From assembly GCA_015680685.1 (NCBI GenBank), contig MNCI01001451.1, forward strand, positions 737,228 through 801,227: 64,000 nt of DNA, read 5' to 3'. The stretch is from Gnetum montanum. Lineage: Eukaryota; Plantae; Gnetophyta. The translations under genes were made by a program, and so were the position numbers. The notes under the pieces were generated by a model, which did no database searches, was not told the origin of the DNA, and worked only from the letters and a program-made list of their open reading frames with translations. Shown here piece by piece: positions 1-12,700 of the stretch; position 1 is the first letter of the stretch, and each line of letters begins with the position of its first letter.

Positions 1-1519
1 TTCTTGATGATGTTTTCATAACTCATAGCATATATGTTTTTGCTCTTCAATAGATCCAAAGGGTCTATGGACATCATAAAATTTTAGTTTTATATTTTTG
101 GAACATTGTAGGAAAGAGTGATGCAATGTGAAGTGTAACTTTTCACTAATGTGAGGTAGTTGGACTAGAACTAGGTTTTTTGCTTAAGAAATGAAGATTG
201 GAACAATTGTAAGAAATTAAGATGAGAGGTAAAATGACCTAGAACCAAGTTCTTCACTTTGAAAAATAAAGATTGGGATGGTGGCCAAAAATTAAGATTG
301 ACCAAATCTTATACAGTTATCATAATGGCTTAGGCTCATGAATGAATAATAGGAAGTGTGATGAGTTGGTATGGACTATAGAGTATTTAGCTCTAAAGTA
401 ACACAGTGATACAGATTTGTACAAAGATAATTATGAGATGATATATATCTAAGGTGGATCCTCTATATTTTTTTAAATATACCACTTATGCTTAAAAGGC
501 ATACTTAACAAATAGAAAGGACACCATGGATGCTAGCCTAACATAGAGTTGATGGTTATGTGACTCATAAGGTAAAAGCATGCATTCATTTATAGATATT
601 TGTTTACGAAATGATAGGGAATGTCAAATTGAGAGTCAATTGATTATGTTCAAGTTTATCCAGAGGAGTCCAAATTCTCTTGATTTGGTTTCCATATCAT
701 TAATATTACCCCTTTACATTGATCACATTTTGTGAAAAATTGTAAAATTATGCAAAACACTCCTTTGCAACTCATCATTACTTGGTTGCACATGGCTGTT
801 ATTACTCGTGCATATACATATTAATTACAGGTAGAAGAGATACCCGAGTTCCATCACTTCCATCTTTCCTATGCTAAATTAAATTAGGAAGCATTTTTAG
901 GTCTCATTTGGAGAAGTGTGATAGAGTATCTTATGATGTCCGTAAGAAAAACTTTTCCATGTTAGCTTGTCTATTATGCAAGCAGGTAAGACTTAACATG
1001 CTTTTCATTCTTTCAGGTTAGTGGCTTCCAAGCACAATTTTTGTACGACTCGTTAGTGGTAATGGATGGGGAACCTGAGATAAAATTCATCGAACAATTT
1101 TTTAATTAGCCTGCACGCATTTGATGGTGTGTCAGATCACATGATTAGCATGGAGAGCACTAGCCAGGTTTGCAGTGATCAGGTGCATTTTTTCAAAAAT
1201 GTTGATTCAAGGTAGATCTGCCGTTAAAACTTGGGGATTACACCTGTAAACAACTGATGCGTCCTATTTCAAGAAAAACCTGCAGCAAAACACAATCCCT
1301 GTAAGTCTGGAATATGCTTAGAACATGTACGATTTTAATAAGGACAAACAAATAAACAACACTCACCTCTTTAAACGAGGACAACCAAACAAACAACACT
1401 CCCCTCCTCAGATAACCTTTCTTGCAGCTTGATGATCATGGTATCATCTTAAAAAAGCACAGGTAAAAACATATGTCGAGTCTCAACTCACGTACGTACA
1501 CCTTGATCCTTCTGAAAAG

Positions 1520-1960
1520 AAGCCAAAGTATATATGGCTTAGGACGAATAGGTAGGGTCAAAGGGCATTGCCTTGACGGATATCGCTGAATAACCCAGAA
1601 AAGCCCAATAGTTGATCTTCAGAAAGTGAGAATCTGGCTAAGTTCTGCATATATTGAGGAGGCACGAGGAGATGAATTCAGGATAAACCCTCTTTTGATG
1701 GTAATAGCAGGTGAAGGAATCTTAGTTACAATATTCAATTCCAAGAACATGGCTGAAAAGCCATTGATATGAATGCATAATTTCATGGTTAAGAATGATC
1801 GGCTCCTGAATCAATCTACCTTGAAGGAAGCCAACCTAGTTAAGGTACTGAACGGTAATAATGGAGGCGATTATAGAGGTTAGGCAAGTAGACGCAAAAC
1901 TCGATGATTTTGAATAGAATTCTATAGAGAACAGTACACACCCTTATGGATTTTAAACCA
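1520..1960 (-). mobile_element. Old, degenerate LINE reverse-transcriptase fragment
   Basis: Minus-strand translation gives KSIRVCTVLYRILFKII (cf. RPISLCNVLYKIISK), VGFLQGRLIQEPIILNHEIMHS and DIRQGNAL*PYLFVL (cf. RQGDPLSPYLF), broken by stops and frameshifts. Confidence 0.7.
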
Positions 1961-2003
1961 TGGGGATGAAGGCACCTCCACGAACACATGGGGGTGCGCA
2001 GCC

Positions 2004-2261
2004 TTAGGGGTGGGTCGGCAAGTGACGGCAAGCGCATTGCGGACGTTCAAGCTCATGGAGCAGGTCCAAAGTGTTGCGATGCTCCTCAGTATCCATAAAG
2101 TTCGCCGCTTGTTGGATGCCTTGCATGGTGGATTCCCGCCTGCTCCGATCCGCCGGTGAGTCGCCCGCATCCGGATGATAACGTGTTGAGGTTCGTCGGA
2201 TTTGTCTCTGGAGCTCTCCCCAGGAGCTCTCACAACTAATACCAAGGATGAGGTAGGGGCA
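2004..2261 (-). other. DnaJ J-domain at C-terminus of LINE ORF2 (copy A)
   Basis: CPYLILGISCESSWGELQRQIRRTSTRYHPDAGDSPADRSRRESTMQGIQQAANFMDTEEHRNTLD. HPD codons at 2169-2177; fits the J-domain pattern PYxILG...YHPD...A...D...R..D. Confidence 0.8.
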
Positions 2262-4040
2262 TCGCCCCCCCTAAGCCACTGACGGGCACTGTGCTCGTGT
2301 GCCCGGTCAAGCTGTCTTTGTCTCTGCTCCTCCTTCTCTCGTAGGCACTCCTACTCCACTTTTTCCACCTCCTCTTGTGCTCTTCGGGCTGCGTCTTCCT
2401 GTCTCAACTCCTCTCTCACCTGGGCCTGGATTTCGTCAATGAGCCGGGCCCAAGCAGCCTCCGCCAGAAGCTCATGTTGTTGTAGCTGCTCCTGTTCCCA
2501 CTTGTGGAACTGGGCTTCCAGGTCAGCCCGAGACTGGGCAAGGGCCTCATTCCACTTGGCCTCCCACTCCCGCCTCTCCGCCCCCTGTGCACGCTGCTCG
2601 GCTTGTTGCAGCTCCTCAACCCAATTGGAGCGGTCGCTGGGGGGTCCGTCAGGGGGGAAACCATCCTGATAGTAGGGGGCGCGAGCTTCGTTGGGAGTGG
2701 CGTCCCCAAGCGAAGGCTATAGTTGTCGAAATCCAGTGAGTCTCTTGGCTGGTTGGGGCCGAGGGGGGAGGGGGGGCAGCAGAGGTGCCCCCCGAGGGGC
2801 AGATGATGACAGACTTAGCGCCCCCCAACCCCCCTCCACAGAGCCAGGATTAAGCCCGAATGCCAACCGTGTCGTTTGAGAAGAAGGACCTCTAGAAAAA
2901 AATGCAGGAGGTTAATCTAGAGGCCTAACTTCAGACATTGCATGAAGACAAAATGTAATCCTTGAAGTTTGGACGCATTGCCGAATTGAACGAAGAAACG
3001 GTCCACCAAATCAACCGTCCAGGCCCAGAGACGAGGGAGGGAAGATCTGGGAACCAGGTGGCTCTGCGTTCGTGGCACGGGTCCATTGAAAAAGAGCTCA
3101 GCGTCCTGTAGGCCTCGGGTGGTGGGCAGGACGATTTCTCCAACGGCCTGGGCCCCTAGGCAGCTGGCGATAGCTGACTCAGTGACGCGAATCTCGCATC
3201 CTTGGAAGAAGGTCCGATCGCAGTCCCAGTTTGCGAAAAATGCGTCGTCTGCCAGGTCTGGGTCGCCGACTAGCCGCTGCAACGGGCCAGACCAGCCACA
3301 CTTGGTAACCAGCCGCCAAAGCTCCTCATCATCCCGAAAGGCAGCGCAGTCAAGTTCGTACGTCGGCATGATACCCATGGTTGCTCTAATTTCGCTCCAT
3401 GCACGACACGTCAGAGCAATTATCCGCCGAGGGGAGGGGAGCCTATCCTGCTGGAAAACAGTGCGGTTGCACGTCTTCCAAGCGACCCATAAAAGCATTG
3501 ATGCCCAGGAGTCGCCTGTCAACTGTCTCAGGGGGGGCATCGCCGCTTCACGCCAGGTGTCGCACATGCAGGCGCATTCATAGATGAAATGCACGATTGT
3601 TTCTAGCGTGACGCCACAGCGAGGACACGTGTTGTCCTGCATGATGCCACGGCAATGCAGGATGGCGCATACAGGGAGTGCTTCAGACCATACCAGCCAT
3701 AAAAACATTTTGATTTTTTCTGGGAGCTGCCCGTGCCAAATCCACTGCCAACCGTCCTGTGGATATTTTTCTGATAGTAGGGCACGTGGCTCGAGGTGCA
3801 ACCAACCCTAGGTTACCATTGTTCGTGCGTGCTGACAGAGCGTTTGCCATGGGCACGAGGCACGTGTTCCAGCTTCCCACTGCGTGTATTTACTATTGAT
3901 GATGCGGGCCCACTGGCTCCGTTCCTCATGCCTGCGCATTAAACGGTGTAGGAGCCGTTGCTGCCCCAACATGATTTCGTCCTCAAAGGATGTAATGCCC
4001 AACCCCCCTACCTTATGAGGGCGCACAATGCGGGCCCAAT

Positions 4041-4352
4041 NNNNNNNNNNNNNNNNNNNNNNNNNNNNNNNNNNNNNNNNNNNNNNNNNNNNNNNNNNNN
4101 NNNNNNNNNNNNNNNNNNNNNNNNNNNNNNNNNNNNNNNNNNNNNNNNNNNNNNNNNNNNNNNNNNNNNNNNNNNNNNNNNNNNNNNNNNNNNNNNNNNN
4201 NNNNNNNNNNNNNNNNNNNNNNNNNNNNNNNNNNNNNNNNNNNNNNNNNNNNNNNNNNNNNNNNNNNNNNNNNNNNNNNNNNNNNNNNNNNNNNNNNNNN
4301 NNNNNNNNNNNNNNNNNNNNNNNNNNNNNNNNNNNNNNNNNNNNNNNNNNNN
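4041..4352. other. Assembly gap (312 N)
   Basis: Run of N next to a poly-C tract. Confidence 1.
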
Positions 4353-6790
4353 ACGAGGTGAAGCTTGCCCCCCCCCCCCCCCCCCCCAAATGAAGCTTCG
4401 GACCATTTTGTTGATCTGTTGAGTGATCGCAGTGGGGGGAGCGGCAACGGCCGCCACAAACTATGTGACAACCATGAGAATCCCAGTTGCCACCAGGAGG
4501 CGGCCCTTGCGTGTTAGGAAGCGATTGGCCCAGTGGTTCATCCGCTTTTCGACCTTAGCCATGAGTGGGCCCCACGAATTGTTCTGGCCCCACTGGAACA
4601 GTGGGATGCCCAAGTAGGTGTCTCCTGTGGTCCCAGGTTGGCTGTCTAGGATTTGCACTACTCTGTCCTTGACTTGTGCATCAACATTAATGAAATGCGC
4701 CACAGACTTAGTGTGGTTGATTTTCAATCCTAATTCTTCTGCCAGTCGGGTCAGGGCCATGTTAATAAAGCGTGCTTGTGGGGCCGCTGCCCGACTGAGC
4801 AACATAGTGTCATCGGCGTAATGTTCGGCTCGGCAGGCGACCCCAGCAATGTCCAAGCCTTCCACCCCGGGTGTGCTGCAGTAATATTGCATGAGATCCA
4901 TGGCAATGATGAAGAGTAGGGGCGAAAGTGGGTCACCTTGTCTTAACCCCCGACTAGGGGATGAGAAACCCCATAGTCGCCCCCCCCCCCCCACATCAAA
5001 AGAGAAACCGGCGGAGGACTGGATGTGCATACACAGTTGGATGAAACTGTGATCAAACCCTTTTTGATGCATAATGGTTTGCAAGGCTTCCTAACTGAGT
5101 GTATCATAGGCCTTAGTTATGTTAAGTTTGAGACATAGGCTAGGGAAGCCTGTAGTTCGGAGGGAGTGCAGCACCTCCTGCATGAGGAGAACCTGATCTT
5201 GGAGGGTCCTACCTTGCACAAAGCCAGCCTAATTGATTCCCACCAGTTTGGGTATAAGAGGCCCAAGCCGGTTGACTAGGAGCTTGGAGAAGATTCTGAT
5301 AAGGACATTGCAAACTCCAATGGGACGGAAGTGTTCCAGGCGGTGGGCGTCCAACTGCTTGGGGATGCATACGATTCGAGAGCAATTGAGTTCCCTTCGC
5401 ACTTGTCGCTTGGCTAACATGAGGTTGAACGCATCCAGGATATTGGGCCCCACAATATCCATAAAACTCTTGAAGAATTCAAGGGGCCAACCATTGGGTC
5501 CAGGCGCTTTCCCTCTCGGCATGCTATTGATGGTGGTAGTCAGTTCCAGCTAGGAAAAGGGGGCCATCAGTCGCCTATTGTCTACTTCGTGGAGCACCTT
5601 CTCCACGTGGACCGAGATGGGTTGAGTTGGCTGCTTGGTCCAAATGCTTCCCCAGTATTATGACAGCCCATTGGCTATCCCCTATGGGTCATCAATAACT
5701 TCACCTGTCTGGGTTCGGAAGCAACGGGCCTGGCTTTCACCACAGGTTTTGGCCATGGCAAAGAAGAATTTTGTCTGTCTGTCCCCTTCTCAGAGCCATC
5801 TGACCCAGGAGCGCTACCTCTAATATGTTTCCTTCTCCAAGTCAAGGTTCTGGAGTTGCCGTAGGAGACGCATCTCCTCCACATGCAAGTCCTCCCCAAT
5901 CTCCTGCCGTGCCTGGATTTGACCAAGCTGATCTCGGACCATCCTTTGACCAAATCTGAAAGAAAATTTCTCCTCCACTGAGAGGGCCCAGATGGCCCAC
6001 TTTAGATGAAGCAGGGCTTCTTTGAGGAAGTTTCGGGGGTCAACCTTGTCAGGTTGATAGTCAGCCAAGATATCCTCAACCAACGGCCGTAACCATGGTT
6101 TGGAGAGCCATGTGACCTCGAAACGGAAGGGGCCTAGGGCCTGGGGCTTATCCGTTCCGAAGGAACAGACCAGCGAGCAGTGGTCGAAGGCAACTCTTTC
6201 CTACCCCGTCACGTGCACAGTGGTGCGGAGGAGGAGATCGGAGCTGACCCAAACCCGATCGATGCAGGAGAGGATACGGTTTGACCCTTTTCGTCGATTA
6301 CTCCAGGTGAAGTGGCAGTTTTCAATGCGTAAGTCAACAAAGGAGTGAGTGGCCAGGAAATTGAGGAACTCCTAGGCACCCAAAGGTGGGGGGCAACTCC
6401 CCCAAACTTCTCCCAAGGGTGTAAGCGCTGGTTGAAGTCGCCCACTACCATCCAGGAATGATGGTCTGGCACCAACGGTGCCACCCAGTTCAGCTCCTGC
6501 ACTCGCAGCTCCCAAGCTTGCGCCCCGTAGAAGTTGGTCAGCCAGATTCCTTGGGCAGGAATCTTGATGGTGATGGCCCACGGTGAAGTGTCTACCAATC
6601 TCATGGTGTATCGTGCTAGGATGGCGAGACCCCCAGCCTTGCCCTGGCAGGGGTGCATCTGGGCATCCAAACCTTCCCATTTGAGAAGGTATGATTCTTC
6701 TGCCTGTAGCTTGGTCTCCTGGAAACAGACGATGTCACAGTTTTCTTCTTTAACAATCCGACGCAGGGTATTTCTTTTGTAGGGGGTACT

Positions 6791-8366
6791 TGTACTGTCT
6801 GAAATCGTCGGTCTCTGGCTAGAATGAAACAGAAACCTGGAGATCCCTGGACAAGCACAGAAGACCCTACCTTCGCTTGAGGGTAAGCTGGAATTAACGA
6901 AGGTAGAGTACCTTGAGTGGTCTACACGTGGATCAGACAAGGATTTTCCCGAACATACATCGATATACTGTACGATGGGTTATGCGTAAACGGCGTAATT
7001 AATGTAAAACGGAGTGTAAATGTACAGGAATGTAAACGACAAACATACAGTAATGAACGAAAACTGTAACAAATCTTAGCAAAAGAAATTTGGCAATATT
7101 ATTGCAAAACGGAAGGTTACAATGCACCGATCTAATGCAGTTGTGAATTTATCACAAGGCGGACGAAGAGCCCCCGTGGATGCGGAGAGATGAAAGTGTG
7201 TCAATTTGAACTGCAGGCACAGCGTGAAGGCTGTATGCTCAGCGTGCAGGGTTGAAGTCCAGCGTATAGGATGCAAGGTTCTGGATTTTCTCAGTGTGGG
7301 TTGCCCGAATTTTTGCCTAGATGCTTCTAATTTTTCCAACCCTGATCTGGTCAAAAGTTGGGGTTTTTATACAAGTTTAGACGTTGGACTTGGATCTAAG
7401 AGGGGATGATTGGCTGTGGAGTGCTGGACTCTTGGGTCTGGTGACATGTGGCGCGTTGACCGAGTGCGAAAGAATAAAATTTTACAAGTGTACAGCGAGC
7501 TGCACGCCAGCGTATACACGCTGGGCGTGTGAACTCGACGTACAGACTTGATTAAAACAAAAAAAGTCATTCGGCCTTCGGATTTGAATTCGGATGTCAC
7601 GAGAATGCTGCATGTGGATGTTCAGCTTGGTTGGCCTTGATCTGACATGATTCTGGAGAGCTTTGATTGGTATACGTTGTGCCACACACTGGGCGTACAC
7701 ATTGTACATGTTAGGCGTATACGCTAAGAGTACACATTGTACATGCTGGGTGTATACACTGGGCGTACACATTGTACATGCTGGGCATATACACTGGGCG
7801 TACAAGCTGGACGTACACATTGTACATGCTAGGTGTATATGCTGGGTGTACAAGATGTACATGCTGGGTGTATACGTTGAGCGTACACGATGTTCATACT
7901 CAGCGTATGAACTCCAAAGTGCATGATGTCGAGACCAAAATTCGACTTTCTAGAGCCCATGATGACACCTGATAATTGCTCTATTCCTGTGAGTTTATGC
8001 CTTGTACGAAATCTTACTCTAAAGTGTTGTTTTCATGCCGTCTTTGGGATCGCATGCTGGGCGTACACATCAGTCGTACGTGCTAAGTGTACATGTGAGG
8101 TGTGCACGCTGGGCGTGTATGCTGGGAGTGTACGCTGCATACTGCATACTTAGTGAAAACCCAGTATCTTGAGCTCCGAAGTTGCCATGTTTGATGCTAG
8201 ATGTCGCCGTGGTCATTTGCGGGTCCCAGGGAACCGTTTCTTGTTGAGTTCGACTATGCTTAAAGCTGTCTGTGGGGCCCTCAAGCTTCAATCATGTTGG
8301 GGAGCGTCATGACTTAGCTCGACTCTTGTTGAAAAAGTACTAAGCTCAGAATTTTGTGATGTTTCA
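6791..8366 (-). repeat. 3' LTR (about 1576 bp, TG...CA)
   Basis: Direct repeat of 24023-25501. Minus-strand ends TGAAAC...AGTACA; TATAAAA box near 7365; internal 'ctgggcgtacac' repeats at 7685-7890. Confidence 0.92.
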
Positions 8367-8380
8367 TTGGCCCCTCTTTG
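8367..8380 (-). promoter_or_regulatory. Polypurine tract
   Basis: Minus strand CAAAGAGGGGCCAA immediately precedes the TG of the 3' LTR. Confidence 0.75.
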
Positions 8381-9423
8381 TTGACGCTTGGAGGAATCAA
8401 CCCGAGAAGTGTCGACAAAGAAGTACAAAACACCATAAGCAACTTGGTAGAGACATTGTCCTTTGGCACCTGGCCAGACGTCATCGTACCATGTTCAGTA
8501 GTACATAGGATTGGAGAAATGAAATTTGTATTAGGTAGGGGAATGGGAACTGTAGGGATTGGTAACCAATCAAGGACTTGAGCATGGTGAAGGGGGTGTC
8601 CGAGTATGTGTGCGGGTCATGCTAATCTTTGTCAATAGCTATTGTTTAGCCATTTTTTAGCAGATTTGGGATCAAAACATGACGTGTACGTCCTTTGGTG
8701 GCACAAGACTCTTGTTTGGTGTTTAAGAGGACTTGTTGGCACAACCAAAGCCACGTGATGATGTGTTACGTTCTTTGGAGGAACAGGGCCTTTGTTTAGT
8801 GTTTAGAGGGAATTTGTTGGCGGAGAGCCAAAGCCATGCAATGAGATGTTACTTGATCGTTTGAGACATGAGCGTTTGTTTTCAAGACAACTGCCTTCCT
8901 GCTAAGGGCTTGGATGGGAAGGGCTGAGGTTTTTTTTGTTTTTTCTTTTTGCACATGCTCAAATGCCATGTTGTGGGTTACAACTGCTTAAGAGTGTTGC
9001 AGTGTGCAACAATGTGTTCAATGTTTCAGGCTGTACTGGGTGTGTCCGGGATGTAACTAAGTAGAATATGTTGAGGGATATGTGGGATATGTAACAGGAG
9101 ATGTACTAGTGAATGGCTTAATTAGTCTTGTCACATGTGTTATGAACAACGTCTTACCTTACTGCTGTGACGAAGTGCATTCTTGTACGAACACCTCTAA
9201 GTGTCATCCTGCAAACACAACTCCAAGAAGACAAGAAAACCATGAGTGAGTAAGCAAGCTTAGACTTGAACAGCTACTGATGAAACAAAAGCATCGGATG
9301 AGATTTTAGGCACTGTATATGAATAGCAGCAATGTTGTTAGGATCAGTTGATGGCGAGCAAGGCAGCGGCTTTGATGAAGTTTGAATGCAGCTACAGATC
9401 GGGAGGCTAGAGATGAAGTTGCC

Positions 9424-9717
9424 AGTTTATAGTCATAGCGGACTATTGTGGATAAGTTTTATGTCATGACCCATTGGACATTGCCCGTTTAGCGTCGTGG
9501 CGGACGGTACATTGCTAGTTTCTAGTCTTCGCGGACCGTGAAGAGGCAAACCAGTTTATAGTCTTAGCGAACTCTAGCGAATGAGACTATGGCAGTTTAA
9601 TGTCGTACCGGATGGGTGGTAGTTTATTGTCATTGCGGACATTCTGTGGTATCAGTTTATCGTCATGATGTCAGGACGAGCTGTGGTATCAATTTACCGT
9701 CATGATGCCAGGACGAG
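9424..9717. repeat. Array of about 9 degenerate AGTTTA+hairpin motifs (cluster A), just downstream of integrase
   Basis: Examples: agtttatagtcatagcggact, agtttattgtcattgcggaca, agtttatcgtcatgatgtcaggacga. Confidence 0.8.
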
Positions 9718-9719
9718 CA

Positions 9720-12700
9720 CGTACCTGAGTCCATACTCAAACGTGGAACGATTTCAAGAACAAATGGTTGGTCGAAATTGCAAACTCATTCCTTTCCATG
9801 TCAGCTAATTTGAATGCTTCGTTGTCGTACACTTTGGTGACCAAGTAGGGCCCTTCCCAATTGGCTAAAAATTTGTCCAAGTGTTCCCGAACGGCTTTGA
9901 GGACAAGGTCGCCTTCCTTGATAGGGCGCTTATGAACATCGTGTCGATGGCGTTGTCGTTGTCATTTTTGGTACCACTCAATCTGATCGAGCGCACGTAT
10001 ATGTTCCTCCTCCACCGAGTCCAAGTCAACAATGCATAGGTCATTGTTTCGCCCTTCGTCAAGGAGTCCAGAGAGTGTGATCCTTAAAGACAGTACCTGT
10101 AACTCCAAGGGTAAAACAACTTCTGAACCATAAACAAGACTATATGGCGTTTTACCTGTGGAAGTCTGATGCATAGTACGATAAGCCCACAGCACATATA
10201 CTAGCTGTTCGTGCCATCTTTTCTTACTTTGGGTAAGCATCTTTTTAAGTACTATAATGATAGTTTTATTTGTGGCTTCAACTTGTCCATTGCTCTGAGG
10301 GTAGTAAGGAAAAAAATGAATGTTTGATCCCTAGGCTTTCACAGAAAGTTCTGGTTTCGACACTGCTAAATTGTGGCTCGTTATCAGTGATGATGGTCAT
10401 GGGGATGCTAAAATGGGTCACAATGTTTTCGAGAATGAAGTTGCATATGTGTTTGGATGTGGTTTTTCTAAGGGGAATAACTTCTACCCACTTCGTGAAA
10501 TACTCTGTCGCAGTTATGATGAAGCTATGCCCTGAAGAAGATGAGGGTCTTATTGGCCCGATAAGATCTATCCCCACTTTTGGAAGGGCCAGGTGATTTG
10601 CGTTGTATGCAACTCATTTGGTGGAACATGTATCAGATTACTATGTTTTTGACAGATACTGCACGTTTTGGCCTTGGAGAGAGAATCATACTCCATGTGT
10701 GGCCAATAATAGCCCAAACATCTTATTTTCATTGCCATTGCTTTAGGTGCTATGTGCCCTCCGCATTGTCCATCATGTACTTGCTCGACGATGGTTTCGG
10801 CATCAGCGCTACTAACGCATGTTAACAGTATGCCTTCGTAGGATCGACGACACAACGTGTCCTCTACCAGTGCATATTGTTGAGAACGTTTTCATACTAC
10901 GTCCTTTTGTGCATTCGTTAGGTGTTGTGGTGTTTCACCGTGTATAAGGTACTCTTTTATGTCGTTATACCATTGTATTGCATGTGTTGTACTAACATAT
11001 GCAATCGGTAATTCATTAAGAGTATCAGTTATGGGTTTAGCACAACTGATTATAGAGCTAGGCAACATATGGAACATGTTTGGCGATATGTTTAGAGCTA
11101 GCGTGGCAAGTGCATCTGCAACAGTGTTATCGTTTCTAGAAACATGTTGCACGTCCATACTTTTGAATTGCTTTAGTAAGTGTTTAGCTAAATCACAGTA
11201 TGGTTGTAAATGTTGCGCTTTACATGTATAAACGTCTGTGACTTGGTTTAAAACTAGTTGTGAGTCTCCTCTAACTACAAGTCGTGTGATGTTGGAAGCT
11301 AATGCTACCGTAAGGCCCCTAAGGAGACCTTCATAGTTTGCTATGTTGTTGGTACAGTCAAAGTTGAAGCGGTAAGCAAAGGGTCGGATCTCCCCAGAGG
11401 GATAGGTGATGATGACGGCAGCACTTCCCCCTCAAGAGGTGGATGCTCCATCAAAGTTCAAAATGGCTTCGTACTCATCGGGAACTATGTCTATCGCGCT
11501 CACATTTTCGTCTGGAAACTCTGGCTCTATTGTTGCTTGATCATGTGTTGGTGATGTAGTCAAGTTGGTTTGCTATGGCTTGACCCTTGACTGATGACTG
11601 CGCTATGTAATGTAGGTCGAATTCAGCTATTATGGCTTTCCAACACGCTATTTTACTTGACTCGTAAATGTTACCGGTGACGGCCCTGAGCACATTATCT
11701 TTGTAGATTATGTTGGCTTGGTTATGGAAGAGGTAATGTCGCCATTTCTTTAGGGAAAAGACAAGGGCTAAACATGACCTCTCCACCTCGTTTTCGTGGG
11801 CCACTAATGCATGGCTCAAATAATAAACAGGGACTTCAGTTCCATCGTCTCGTTTCTGGTAGAGCATAGAAGCGATGGATGAATCCGANTGTCCGTCAAT
11901 TTTTCTATGAAACACCTGATGAACTGTAATCTACCTTGTAGATCCCGAAGTTCAGTAATGTTGCTTGGTGGTTTTAGATTGATGACAGCTTTAACCTTAT
12001 CTGGATCCACTTGTATTCCTGTTTCTGACACTACAAAGCCTAGCATCTTACCCGTTTTTACTCCGAAAACACATTTCTTTGGGTTGAGCCTAAGTTCATA
12101 TTTTAAGTAACGTTTTAGGATCAAATCTAAATCTTGGATGTGTTGCTTTGGTGTTTTTGATTTAATTGCGATGTCATCTACATAATCATTGAGCGAATGA
12201 AGTATGTAATCGCTAAAAATAAATGTCATTGCCCTTTGATATGTGGCCCCAGCATTCTTGAGACCGAATGGCATCATTGTGTAACAAAAGGTACCCCATT
12301 GTGTCATAAAGATAGTCCAGAGCTGATGTTTCGGGTTAATGCGTATCTGGTTATATCCTGAGAAGCCATCCATAAAAGATAAGAAGGCATGCCCAGCAGT
12401 TGAGTCAACAAGTTGATCGATGCTGGGTAGGGGGAAATCATCTTTTATGGTCGCAACGTTGAGGTCCCGAAAGTCAATGCATAGGCAAATGCTTCCGTTC
12501 TTCTTTGGGACCATGACCATGTTGGATACCCAATCAGCATAGTCAACAGCCCGAATGAAACCTGCCTGATAGAGTTTGGTGATCTCATTGCGAACTGCCA
12601 ACACTACCTCAGGCTTAACCTTTCATGCTTTTTGTTTCACTAGCCTTAATTTTGGATCGAGTATAATATTGTGCTGGACAATTCAAGGATCTAACCCAGA

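Larger units (their letters stand above)
1960..6790 (-). mobile_element. L1-clade LINE copy A, ORF2/3' part (interrupted at 6790/6791 by a Ty3 LTR element)
   Basis: APE endonuclease (DIVCFQETK, WMVVGDFNQ), RT (KAPGPNG, FRPIGVCNV, RQGDPLSP, HYADDT), zf-RVT (KIKMFLW...CPRC...ETIVHFIYEC), then a long in-frame extension. No poly-A tail seen at the 3' end. Confidence 0.95.
2004..6790 (-). pseudogene. LINE ORF2 pseudogene: EN-RT-zf-RVT-Transposase_32/PMD-like-coiled coil-DnaJ
   Basis: ORF-track pieces 6209-6940, 5820-6083, 5229-5522, 4461-5084 and 2917-3801, plus manual translation to the TAA at 2004-2006. Several premature stops and homopolymer frameshifts. Confidence 0.85.

Noticed and set aside
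820-1190. Splice-like signals suggesting host exons
   Set aside because: No consistent frame or recognisable protein could be assembled.
7076-8291. Short ORFs duplicated at 24308-25356
   Set aside because: They are LTR sequence; their duplication reflects the LTR pair, not coding conservation.
8612-8632. 12-nt match to U6 snRNA (AAGATTAGCATG, minus strand)
   Set aside because: Too short; flanks lack ACAGAGA and the rest of U6, so likely chance.
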